From Eledone cirrhosa (lineage: Eukaryota), in the NCBI GenBank assembly GCA_964016885.1, contig OZ024745.1:104904001-104968000 (forward strand): DNA of 64,000 bases, in the 5' to 3' direction. The notes under the pieces were generated by a model. It searched no databases, was not told the origin of the DNA, and saw nothing but the letters and a program-made list of their open reading frames with translations. Below, piece after piece: positions 12,469 to 24,690 of this stretch (within the stretch, counting starts at the first letter, position 1; the number at the start of each line of letters is the position of its first letter). Both the position numbers and the translations under genes were made by a program.

Positions 12469-14484
12469 CATATATATATATATGTGGGGCGACTGTCTGT
12501 ATTCATTCATTTTTTTTTATTCATATATATATTTATATAATGGAAGTGAGCTGATTATCAGATCAGACCAAGGAAAATTGCCATTGGTCTTTCCATTGCT
12601 GATGCTATCTGCTGGCTAAAACTCTTAGCAGAAGGAGGTGGGATTTAAACAAAACACACAGAGCTGGAGGAGATACCATAAAACACCTTTTGTAACTTCT
12701 TAAACAATAGTGTTTGTGCAACACCTCTTGATTGGTAATTTATTTATTGACTCTGAAAGGATAAAAGACAAAATTGAATCCTTCATTAATTTATTTTTCA
12801 CATTTTGAGCCTTTTTCAACTCAAGTTAAGCCTAGGCGTTCCCAAACAAATATTATCAGTAAAAAATGAATGTAGTGTTCTGAGATATTTCTTGTTAGTT
12901 TGAGATAGACACACTGAATCTTAACTAGCCCAACCATACACAGCCGTCTCCAACTTTATATTCATATCTAAAAAGATTTAAAGTCATTAATTTGCTATAT
13001 TTCTTTCAACAATTTGCTGACATTTTTCAGTTTGCTCAGGTATGTTAGTCTCTCAGAATTCTAGCATACATACCATCCAGAATATGGTTCCAAGTTATTT
13101 TTATATCTTTTTATGATTTAAGTTAAATTGACTCTTACATTTTCCTTGGATAACATGTCTTCTTTTTTTTCATAAATACTTTACTAATTTACATAATTAC
13201 ACTAAATGAATTATTGATAACTTTTTACAATGTTCCAAATTTATTATTTTTTTTGTCTGGAGTTAAAGTGAACTAGTTTCAGAAAAAATAACACAACATA
13301 TGCATTTGGCCTATTGCTAGAAATAGGAGCCCAATCAGCCTCAAGCCATACTTTATCATCTTAAGACAGGAAGGATACATTGCACAATGTAGTCCAACAT
13401 TACATTATGTCTGAAAAAAAGTAAGAATGGTTGTAGTTGAAACATGATTTATAAGTTCTGCAAGATCAGAGACAACCCGCGGCAAAACAACAAAAAAAGT
13501 AACAATCACTATTTTGAAGTATTGTTATTTTGTAAATAAATTACATATTCTTATGCATAATGAAAATAAACTTTAATTAAAATTCAGTTTTAAAGCTGAA
13601 GTCTTCAGTTAATTTTCTAATTAAAAATTTAAAAGAAAATACTAAGAAAAATCTATCAACAACAAATAATACAAGAAATACAGTTTGAAGTTGTAAATGC
13701 TTCTTGTTTAATATAGCAAAGCTTGTTATTTGCATATTATAAAAATGTGATTAATCTGAAGATGCATCTGCTTGAGTTTAATGAGTTGAAAAGTTTTCAC
13801 TAAAATATCTAAGCTATTTAATGCTTAACAGACAATCCACTCTATTAGCAATAAAGATGTTTCTAGCTATCGATATAATATCAATATATTTGATATTCAA
13901 TTCTTGTAATTCACTTGTTAATGTAAAAATATAATAGTGATACAATAAATGAATGGATTATGAATTGGTCATACATTAAAGCTATGCCTTCTCTGTGCAT
14001 TAACTTCTCAGAGTTTAATGGCGGACTCATTTAAATATATGATGGAATTATTTGTGATATATATTCTGGCTCACTACAATCTGAATTCAAGTCCTACTGA
14101 GATCAATTTTGCTTTTTATCTTTTTGGAACATAAAATAAAATACCAGACTAGGGCTTGTGGATTAGCAAATTTGTTAGAGAACGAGACAAGAAGGTTCTT
14201 TGTTTTTTTAGTTTTTGGCCTGTAGACTGAATTCATTGTTCAGTTTAACACCACCACCTGGTCGTTGGTTGCTGTTAGCAGGCTTGACTTTATAGTATGC
14301 ATTTGAGTCAGATCTGTAGTTTGAAAATAATTTCCTCCATTCTTTCTATCAATCTTGGAGGCCTTGCAGAAGTAAAGGATCATGGGTGCTGCCCTTCCGT
14401 CTGCAAATCTTACAAGCTCTCTGGAGACTGAAAAATAGTTGTGTGTGGCAGTAGAATATTCAGTCTTTTCTGAAATTACATTAT

Positions 14485-14840
14485 AGCCCTTTACGTTTTG
14501 AGTTCAAATCCCGCCGAGGTTAACTTTGCCTTTCATCCTTATGGAGTCGATAAAATAAAGCACCAATAATGCACTGTGGTAATTGCTGGCCTTGTGCCAA
14601 AAGTAGACACAATTATTATTATTATTGTTAGTTTCTAAGGCGGAGGATTGGCAGTACCGGTAGAGGGCCGGACACCATGCTTTGCAACATAGAGTTACGC
14701 CCCTTTACTATCTGAGTTCAAATTCCGCCGAGGTTAACTTTGCTTGTCATCCTTACGGAGTCGATAAAACAACAAACGCACCAGTAATGCACTGGGATAA
14801 TTGCTGTCCTTGTGCCAAAAATAGTAACAATTATTATTAG
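14485..14840 (+). mobile_element. Two tandem tRNA-derived SINEs (family A)
   Basis: Box A TGGCAGTACCGG, box B GAGTTCAAATCC, central GTTAACTTTGCCTTTCATCCTTACGGGGTCGATAAAATAAAGTACC, 3' GCTGGCCTTGTGCCAAAAGTAGAAACA(ATT)n. Confidence 0.85.
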
Positions 14841-14996
14841 TCTCTATTATGAATTTTATTTTACACACAAAAAAAAAAGCCCACACTATATCATCCTGTC
14901 CCATCTTTAATGTTTCCTTAATGTGAGCCCTGTGTGGCTAATAAAGAAATTATTATCATTATTATTATCATCATCATCATCATCATTATTATGTTG

Positions 14997-15035
<39 letters not shown>

Positions 15036-15133
15036 GTTACTACTACTATTTGTTTGCAGTATTTGTGAAGTTAATCACAAAGCTGAATATATAAACAAAA
15101 CAAAACAAAATCTAATATTATTTCCTTACATAG

Positions 15134-15252
15134 TTAGACGTATGACAAAGAAATTTGGGTTCCGGGAAGTTGGTGAAAATGAAGATTGGATACTGTACTG
15201 GACTGATTATTCTGTTGCTCTTGAACGTGTTATGGACATGAAGGGTTACCAA
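15134..15252 (+). CDS. TTLL6: Internal coding exon of TTLL6/TTLL13-like polyglutamylase (VRRMTKKFGFREVGENEDWILYWTDYSVALERVMDMKGYQ)
   Basis: TAG acceptor ending at 15133 and GTGAGT donor at 15253; 119 bp, phase 1 to 0. The DWxLYWTDYSVxLERVM motif is typical of the TTLL6/13 TTL-domain N-terminus. Confidence 0.93.
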
Positions 15253-15959
15253 GTGAGTATTCTTCAATGAAATCATCTATAATAACAAGCATTAAAAGAA
15301 AGAAAAAAATAATAACATTGTTATTGATTTCTGACATAATTGGTAGGATGGTCAATTAAAATTCCTGTACTTCACTGGTACTTGTCAGATCTACCCTAGA
15401 ATGATGAAAGGTAGAGTCACCCTTAGCATGATGTAATCTCAGAATGTTAAAGGGATATGATTATATACTATAGTATATTTTGTTTGATGCTCTAATAATA
15501 ATGATGCAGGCACTGTCAATACCATCAATGATAATGGAAAAGAAGATAAGGAAAATGGTAATACTGAAAAAGAAAAAAATGTTGTGGATATAGTGAAGGG
15601 GAAAGCCAAATACATAATAATAGTCTGCTCTGTTTACTAATCTAAGAGTAGTGATAGAGTTAATGTTTAAGTGAAATCAAAATCAGTAGAAACATATTTC
15701 CTTTGGTTTAGAAAAGAATACTTTGATCTGTAAAGAGAAATATATATATATATATATTTTTACGTTTGAAGTATGAGCTATTTTAATGACAATTGTCAGT
15801 GCTGATGCATACCATATTTTTCTGACCATAATTTGTTCTGTTTTCTTTTGGGCTTTTTTTTCATAACATTTGCTAACTGGTACTGGGTAAAGATTGAAAG
15901 ATTAGGAGAAAATTGGAAGGGAATGATCAAATAAGAGACCAAAAGGTTTTCGAAGTACA

Positions 15960-16625
15960 TGTTTTCTTTCATTGGTTGGCTATCTAAGCTACCCGATGTT
16001 AAAGTTTTATCATCTTATCAAATATTTTCATTGCAGATATCAGTAAAGTTTTTAGTAGTTGTATTATGTTTATTTTTGGATGGGTTTTTAAGGCGGATAG
16101 TGAAATTGGTGAGTTTTGTAAACCATTGGGCAGTATTAGCGCTACTGAACAATTTGCCTGTATGTAGTGTATTTAGAACAGGTTAGGTTGGCAAAGCTAA
16201 TCTCGGTTTTAGTTATACTCATAGGAGAAGTTGAACTCAGCACCACAAGATAACAGAGCACTTATTAATTTTAAGGTGCTTTCTATGCACATAATGACAA
16301 CTTTGGTACAAGTATTCAGGTAAAAATGATTGAAACTCTTGATTAGTTGTCCAATATCATATTGACGTTTTTTGATAGTGACTATAGTGAATTGTAAAAG
16401 TCAGTTTTGGAAATGGTAATATAATTGACAAGACACCAGGTATGATTAGATTCAGGTAATTTTGATGTTTCCCTGGTGTTTTTCTAGATCATTGCATGCA
16501 TGGTTGATTATTCTGGTTGATATGTCGATTGAATATACTTTATGAGTCCAAAATAACATTGGAAATTGTTTGCCTCATGAGAGTTTAGTATATTTGTGCT
16601 ATACTAAGAAATAATACGGTATTTG
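15960..16625 (+). mobile_element. Possible very old Penelope-like 3' relic with a dead hammerhead
   Basis: Frameshifted IGE..ST/RITEHL and KMIETL remnants are GIY-YIG-like. At 16574-16612: CTCATGA..TTAGTAT/ATACTAA-GAAA. Confidence 0.3.
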
Positions 16626-17040
16626 TGTATATGTATGAATATATGCATATATATGTATATGTTAATATATTTGATTGTCTTAATTCAAAGATTAAGACCA
16701 GTCACACAATGAAGCAGTCAACATATAAAACACACCCAGCACACTCTGTAAAGTAGTTGGTGTTAGGAATGGCATTCACTCGTAGAAACCATACCAAAAG
16801 GGTAGTGAACACCCTTCAGTTATGACATGGCAACCTTCCTAGTGCTGATGCCATAAAAAATTCACCTGGTATATGCAATGTGATTAGCATCCAGCTGTTG
16901 AAACCATGCAAAAAAAAGAGTCAAGATCACTTTTCAGTTGTGTCAAGGGTATGAAAACCTCTGACACTATACTATACACAGTATAGTATCCAGCTATAGA
17001 AAACATGCCAAACAAAGAGTTGTGATATATATAATAATTG

Positions 17041-17778
17041 TAAGTAAAGACCAAAGAGACTTAATTACATTAAAATTGTCTGTATTTAGAGAGACAGACT
17101 AATAATTCTAAGTAAAGACCAAAGAGACTTAATTACATTAAAAAGTAAGAGTTGTGAGGAGTCGCTAGCTGTGTCAAAGATATAGCAACTGCTCTAGTGT
17201 AGGTGCCATAAAATGCACCCAGTGCACTCGTAGGAGTGTATATAAGTATGGGAACATATAAACAATATGTATATACTGTAAATGTGGTTGTTGTTAGGAA
17301 GGGCATCCAGCTGTAAAAACCCTGGAGTAAATTTACAGTCCTGTCAGAGCAAGATACTGGTTAGACTTTTCTCTCACAAAGATGACCTGCCTGACCCATG
17401 CAAGTATGGAAAAGTGGATGTTAAATGATGATGGTGGTGATGATGATACATATGGTGAAAGCTTTGGCAAACCATTCCAGTCAAATACTCACTGGAATTA
17501 TGACATAAAGACTAGTTCTTCTGATGTACCCCAGCATCAACAATAACAACAATGAAAGGGGTACTATACGACTCTCCAATCATTATGAGACATGTTTTAT
17601 AATTAATATTCCTGTTTTGTTTCGGTTTTGCTTTGTTTTGTTTTTATTTCTCTTCAAATAGGTTTGCAGTTGTTTGAAAATAACCATAGTGTATAGGAAG
17701 TGAAAGTTGTCTGTGTTTAGAGAGACAGACTAATAATTCTAAGTAAAGACCAAAGAGACTTAATTACATTAAAATTGA
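17041..17778 (+). repeat. 68-bp unit: about 1.5 tandem copies (17041-17143) and a dispersed copy (17707-17778)
   Basis: TAAGTAAAGACCAAAGAGACTTAATTACATTAAAA occurs three times; TTTAGAGAGACAGACTAATAATTC twice. Confidence 0.8.
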
Positions 17779-18466
17779 CTTAAGCTTTGAAGCTGTTGGC
17801 CAATTAGCTTTCTAACATGATCACAGATTGCTCAGCAGTGCATTATAAATGGATAGGTTTAATTAGATATTGATGGAGTAATAATATTCTTATGTATTTA
17901 TTTTATTTTTTTCTCCCCCTTTTTTCTTTTTTCAATTAAGCAACTACATACTTTCTCTCTGGCCTTTTGGTTCCATTTCAAAGTATAGGTAATGTCAGTT
18001 ATTTGTAGTCCAGTTGATAATACACAATGTATAGATAGATATCCAAAATAGTGAAGTACCTCACTAGCTTCACATAGCCTCTTTTTCTCTCAGTCTACCT
18101 CACATACTTTCTTTCTTTCTCTCTCTCTCCTTTTCTCCTTGTTTCACCCCATCTCCTATGCTCCTGGATTCCCCCTCCTCCCCTCTCCCTCTCCCACAAT
18201 ATTCATTTCTCTTTAAGAATATAATTCCAGAGCACATAGAATCCAGGGAAAAAAGCTGTTTTCCAGAAATAACTTCATGTTGTTGTCAGTTTGTAACAGG
18301 TTTCTTTCAACAAAGAAAATACACTGATAAATATGTATGGTGCTTGTGGTGTGCACACATACATACACATGCACGTATGCAGGGTGTATTAAGGTATAGT
18401 TTAGTGGTATATTGTGTTACTGTACTGTGGTAGTAAAGTGTGTTAGTGTAATGTGTTTCTGTACTG

Positions 18467-19150
18467 TTAGCGTGGAAAAATAGACATAAAATGGTGATGA
18501 TGACGATGATATAGATCATAAAACATCCAGCCCACACTGTATAGTGGTCGTGTGGGTGTCACAACAAAAAGCACCCTGCCAACTGTAATGTGGTTATGTA
18601 GGAGACACGGCAAAGAGCACCCAGCACACACTGTAAATGTGGTTGGCGTTAGGAAGGGCATCCAGCTGTAGAAAACCAGCCAGAAACATGGTCTCCTGAC
18701 CCAACTTGCCTCTAATGGAACAAACCCGTCTAACCCATGCTAGCATGGAAAATAGACGTTAAATGATGTTAATATAATTGTTTCTATTTTTGGCACAAGG
18801 CCAGCAATTACCCAGTGTATTACTGGTACTTTATTTTATCGACCCCGTAAGGATGAAAGGCAAAGTTAACCTCGGCGGGATTTGAACTCAGAATGGCAAG
18901 GGCCGTAACTCTATGCGACAAAGCATGGCGTCCGACCCTCTACTGATGTTAATATAATATTGTGTTCTTGACCAAAACACTTCATTTCATGTTGTTGCAG
19001 TATACTCAGCTGAAAATGAGTACCAGCAATAGCTGAGGGTTTAACCCTGCAGTAGACAGGTGTCCTGTCCAGAGATAAGTCTTGTACTCTCAGTCACTTC
19101 AGGCCATGAACCTGGGATAAGCACCAGCTTGAACAAACCTTCTGGTTTAA
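18467..19150. mobile_element. Nested cluster: RTE 3' end (+, 18467-18770), SINE A (-, 18779-18943), CORE-type SINE body (+, 18958-19150)
   Basis: SINE A is flanked by the 15-bp TSD TGATGTTAATATAAT (18764-18778 and 18944-18958). Confidence 0.85.
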
Positions 19151-19164
19151 AACATATTTTAGAT

Positions 19165-22100
19165 CTACTGTGTTACTGTACTGTGATAGTGTAGTGTGTT
19201 AATGTATTGTGTTTCAATACTGTGTTAGTGAGTGTGTTAGTGTAGTGTGTTACAGTACTGTGGTAGTGATGTCTGTTAATACAGTATGTTACAATACTAC
19301 TTTACTGCAGTGTGTTAGTGAGGTGTGTTAGTATATTGAGTTAGTGAGGTGTATTAATATAGTGTGTTAGTGAAGTGTATATTAGTGTACTGTTTTACTT
19401 TACTGTGGTAGTGAAGTGTGTTAGTGTAGTGTGTTACGGTACTGTATTGGCATACGGAGTTAGAGTAGTGTGTTAGTGTGGTGAGTTAGTGTAGTGAGTT
19501 AGTGTAGTGACTTAGTGTAGTGTGTTAGGGTACTGTATTGGCATACTGAGTTAGAGTAGTGTGTTAGGGTACTGTATTGGCATACTGAGTTAGAGTAGTG
19601 TGTTAGTGCAGTGAGTTAGTGTAGTGTGTTAGTGTAGTGAGTTAGTGTAGTGAGTTAGGGTACTGTATAGGCATACTGAGTTATAGTAGGGTGTTAGTGT
19701 AGTTAGTTAGAGTAGTGTGTTAGTGTAGTGAGATAGTGTAGTGTGTTAGTGTAGTGAGTTAGTGTAGTGTGTTAGTGTAGTGAGTTAGTGTAGTGAGTTA
19801 GGGTACTGAATAGGCATACTGAGTTATAGTAGGGTGTTAGTGTAGTTAGTTAGGGTACTGAGTTAGAGTAGTGTGTTAGTGTAGTGAGATAGTGTAGTGT
19901 GTTAGTGTAGTGAGTTAGTGCAGTGAGTTAGTGTAGTGTGTTAGTGTAGTGAGTTAGTGTAGTGAGTTAGGGTACTGTATAGGCATACTGAGTTATAGTA
20001 GGGTGTTAGTGTAGTGAGTTAGTGTAGTGTGTTAGGGTACTGAGTTAGAGTAGTGTGTTAGTGTAGTGAGATAGTGTAGTGTGTTAGTGTAGTGTGTTAG
20101 TGTAGTGAGTTAGTGTAGTGTGTTAGTGTAGTGAGTTAGTGTAGTGTGTTAGTGTAGTGTGTTAGTGTAGTGAGTTAGTGTAGTGTGTTAGTGTAGTGTG
20201 TTAGGGTACTGTATAGGCATACTGAGTTAGAGTAGTGAGTTAGTGTAGTGTGTTAGTGTAGTGAGTTAGTGTAGTGTGTTAGTGTAGTGTCTTAGGGTAC
20301 TGTATAGGCATACTGAGTTAGAGTAGTGTGTTAGTGTAGTGAGTTAGTGTAGTGTGTTAGTGTAGTGAGTTAGTGTAGTGTATTAGTGTAGTGAGTTAGG
20401 GTACTGTATTGGCATACTGAGTTAGAGTAGTGTGTTAGTGTATTGTGTTAGGGTACTGTATTGGCATACTGAGTTAGAGTAGTGTGTTAGGGTACTGTAT
20501 TGGCATACTGAGTTAGAGTAGTGTGTTAGTGTAGTGTGTTAGGGTACTGTATTGGCATACTGAGTTAGAGTAGTGTGTTAGTGTAGTGAGTTAGTGTAGT
20601 GAATTAGTGTAGTGTGTTAGTTTAGTGTGTTAGGGTACTGTATTGGCATACTGAGTTAGAGTAGTGTGTTAGTGTAGTGAGTTAGTGTACTGTATCGGCA
20701 TACTGAGTTAGAGTAGTGTGTTAGTGTAGTGAGTTAGTGTAGTGTGTTAGTGTAGTGAGTTAGTGTAGTGTGTTAGGGTACTGTATTGGCATACTGAGTT
20801 AGAGTAGTGTGTTAGTGTAGTGAGTAGGTGTAGTGTGTTAGTGTACTGAGTTAGTGTAGTTAGTTAGAGTAGTGAGATAGTGTACTGTGTTAGTGTAGTG
20901 TGTTATGGTACTGTATTGGCATACTGAGTTAGAGTAGTGTGTTAGTGTAGGGCGTTAGTGTAGTGTGTTAGGGTACTGTATAGGCATACTGAGTTAGAGT
21001 AGTGTGTTAGGGTACTGTATTGGCATACTGAGTTAGAGTATTGTGTTAGTGTAGTGTGTTAGTGTAGTGAGTTAGTGTAGTGTGTTAGTGTAGTGAGTTA
21101 GTATAGTGAGATAGTGTAGTCTGTTAGTGTAGTGTGTTAATGTAGTGCGTTAGTGTAGTGTGTTAGCGTATTGTATTGGCATACTGAGTTAGAGTAGTGT
21201 GTTAGTGTAGTGTGTTAGTGTAGTGAGTTAGTGTAGTGTGTTAGTGTAGTGTCTTAGGGTACTGTATAGGCATACTGAGTTAGAGTAGTGTGTTAGTGTA
21301 GTGAGTTAGTGTAGTGTGTTAGTGTAGTGAGTTAGTGTAGTGTATTAGTGTAGTGAGTTAGGGTACTGTATTGGCATACTGAGTTAGAGTAGTGTGTTAG
21401 TGTATTGTGTTAGGGTACTGTATTGGCATACTGAGTTAGAGTAGTGTGTTAGGGTACTGTATTGGCATACTGAGTTAGAGTAGTGTGTTAGGGTACTGTA
21501 TTGGCATACTGAGTTAGAGTAGTGTGTTAGTGTAGTGAGTTAGTGTAGTGAATTAGTGTAGTGTGTTAGTTTAGTGTGTTAGGGTACTGTATTGGCATAC
21601 TGAGTTAGAGTAGTGTGTTAGTGTAGTGAGTTAGTGTAGTGTGTTAGGGTACTGTATCGGCATACTGAGTTAGAGTAGTGTGTTAGTGTAGTGAGTTAGT
21701 GTAGTGTGTTAGTGTAGTGAGTTAGTGTAGTGTGTTAGGGTACTGTATTGGCATACTGAGTTAGAGTAGTGTGTTAGTGTAGTGAGTAGGTGTAGTGTGT
21801 TAGTGTACTGAGTTAGTGTAGTTAGTTAGAGTAGTGAGATAGTGTACTGTGTTAGTGTAGTGTGTTATGGTACTGTATTGGCATACTGAGTTAGAGTAGT
21901 GTGTTAGTGTAGGGCGTTAGTGTAGTGTGTTAGGGTACTGTATAGGCATACTGAGTTAGAGTAGTGTGTTAGTGTAGTGTGTTAGGGTACTGTATTGGCA
22001 CACTGAGTTAGAGTATTGTGTTAGTGTAGTGTGTTAGTGTAGTGAGTTAGTGTAGTGTGTTAGTGTAGTGAGTTAGTATAGTGAGATAGTGTAGTCTGTT

Positions 22101-23628
22101 AGTGTAGTGTGTTAATGTAGTGCGTTAGTGTAGTGTGTTAGCGTATTGTATTGGCATACTGAGTTAGAGTAGTGTGTTAGAGTAGTGTGTTAGTGTAGTG
22201 TGTTAGTGTAGTGAGTTAATGTAGTGTGTTAGGGTACTGTATTGGCATACTGAGTTAGAGTAGTGTGTTAGTGTAGTGTGTTAGGGTACTGTATTGGCAT
22301 ACAGAGTTAGAGTAGTGTGTTAGTGTAGTGTGTTAGGGTACTGTATTGGCATACTGAGTTAGAGTAGTGTGTTAGTGTAGTGAGTTAGTGTAGTGAATTA
22401 GTGTAGTGTGTTAGTTTAGTGTGTTAGGGTACTGTATTGGCATACTGAGTTAGAGTAGTGTGTTAGTGTAGTGAGTTAGTGTAGTGTGTTAGGGTACTGT
22501 ATCGGCATACTGAGTTAGAGTAGTGTGTTAGTGTAGTGAGTTAGTGTAGTGTGTTAGTGTAGTGAGTTAGTGTAGTGTGTTAGGGTACTGTATTGGCATA
22601 CTGAGTTAGAGTAGTGTGTTAGTGTAGTGAGTAGGTGTAGTGTGTTAGTGTACTGAGTTAGTGTAGTTAGTTAGAGTAGTGAGATAGTGTACTGTGTTAG
22701 TGTAGTGTGTTATGGTACTGTATTGGCATACTGAGTTAGAGTAGTGTGTTAGTGTAGGGCGTTAGTGTAGTGTGTTAGGGTACTGTATAGGCATACTGAG
22801 TTAGAGTAGTGTGTTAGGGTACTGTATTGGCATACTGAGTTAGAGTATTGTGTTAGTGTAGTGTGTTAGTGTAGTGAGTTAGTGTAGTGTGTTAGTGTAG
22901 TGAGTTAGTATAGTGAGATAGTGTAGTCTGTTAGTGTAGTGTGTTAATGTAGTGCGTTAGTGTAGTGTGTTAGCGTATTGTATTGGCATACTGAGTTAGA
23001 GTAGTGTGTTAGAGTAGTGTGTTAGTGTAGTGTGTTAGTGTAGTGAGTTAATGTAGTGTGTTAGGGTACTGTATTGGCATACTGAGTTAGAGTAGTGTGT
23101 TAGTATAGTGAGTTAGTGTAGTGAGTTAGTGTAGTGTGTTAGTGTAGTGTGTTAGTATAGTGAGTTAGTGTAGTGAATTAGTGTAGTGTGTTAGGGTACT
23201 GTATTGGCGTACTGAGTTAGTGTAGTGTGTTAGTGTAGTGTGTTAGGGTACTGTATTGGCATACTGAGTTAGAGTAGTGTGTTAGTGTAGTGAGCTAGTG
23301 TAGTGTGTTAGGGTACTGTATTGGCATACTGAGTTAGAGTAGTGTGTTAGTGTAGTGAGTTAGTGTAGTGTGTTAGTGTAGTGTGTTAGTGTAGTGTGTT
23401 AGGGTACTGTATTGGCATACTGAGTTAGAGTAGTGTGTTAGTATAGTGAGTTAGTGTAGTGAATTAGTGTAGTGAGTTAGTGTAGTGTGTTAGTGTAGTG
23501 TGTTAGGGTACTGTATTGGCATACTGAGTTAGAGTAGTGTGTTAGTGTAGTGAGTTAGTGTAGTGTGTTAGGGTGCTGTATTGGCATACTGAGTTAGATT
23601 TGTGTGTTAGTGTAGTGAGTTAGTGTAT
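19165..23628 (+). repeat. 13-bp-unit GT-rich satellite with higher-order structure
   Basis: Units GTGTAGTGTGTTA / GTGTAGTGAGTTA and the triplet GGGTACTGTATTG-GCATACTGAGTTA-GAGTAGTGTGTTA. Rare variants recur at 962 and 845 bp spacing. Confidence 0.97.
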
Positions 23629-23630
23629 TT

Positions 23631-24110
23631 ATCATCATCACCATTTAACGTCCATTTTCCACACTTGCAGTGATTAGACAGGCTGTCAAGTTATAAGACA
23701 ATTCGGGTCAGATGACCATATCTTGCTCATATAGATCTGTACTTTGGCTTGGTTTCTATGGCTGGATGTCCTTCCTAACACCAACCATGTTATAGTGTCG
23801 ACAGTGTGTCTTTTATTGTGATATCATGTTAGGGTGGACTGGGTGCTTTTTGTCATGTCATCAGCACTACCACTCTACAGGGTTGAATGAGTGCTTTTTC
23901 TTGTGTCACCAGCATGACCACCTTACAGTGTGGACTAGGAGCCTTTTTGTCATGACACAAGCATGATAAACTTACAGGGTGGACTGGGTGCTTTTTGTTA
24001 TGTCACCAGCATGGCAACCTTACCAGGTGGACTGGGTGCTTTTTGTGTGTCTCCAGCATGACACCCTTACAGGGTGGACTGGGTGCTTTTTCGTGTCACT
24101 AGCACAACCA
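23631..24110 (-). mobile_element. RTE 3'-end copy with about 7 internal 48-bp repeats
   Basis: (CAT)n tail, GCTGGATGTCCTTCCTAAC block and tandem CTTACAGGGTGGACTGGGTGCTTTTTG units. Confidence 0.85.
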
Positions 24111-24183
24111 TTAGCATACTGTGTTACCATACTGTGATAGTAAATGCATGTTATTGTATAATGTTAGTATAGTGCATTACTGT

Positions 24184-24690
24184 ACTGAGTTCAAATCCCG
24201 CCGAGGTTAACTTTGCCTTTCATGTTTACAGGGTCGATAAAATAAAGTACCAGTAATGCACTGGGATAATTGCTGGCCTTGTGCCAAAAGTAGAAACAAT
24301 TATTTGTGGATTGGTTGTCTCAGTAGAGCGTCAGCCAACATGCTTTGCCACATAGAGTTATGGCCCTTTACGTTCTGTGTTCAAATCTCGCTGAGGTTAG
24401 ATTTGCCTTTCATCCTTATGGGGTCAATAAAATAAAGTACCAGTAATCTACTAAGGTTGATTTTATCAACATGCTTCTCCCGCAAAATTGTTGGCCTTGT
24501 GGGTGAATCAGAAACCATTATTATTATTATCAGTAGAGCATTGGACAACCTGCTTTATGAATTCAAATCCTGCTGTGGTTAGCTTTGTCTTTCATCCATA
24601 TATGGTCAATAAAATAAAGTACAAGTAATGCATTAGGAGGTGGAAGTGATTTAATCGGCTTTCCCCTTTCCTTCAAACTTGCTGGCTGTT
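24184..24690 (+). mobile_element. Cluster of three SINE A copies of different ages
   Basis: Repeated GAGTTCAAATCC...TTTGCCTTTCATCC...AATAAAGTACC...GCTGGC blocks. Confidence 0.8.

Noticed and set aside
19165-23628. Interstitial telomere
   Set aside because: TTAGGG occurs only singly at junctions of 13-bp units and never as a tandem hexamer.
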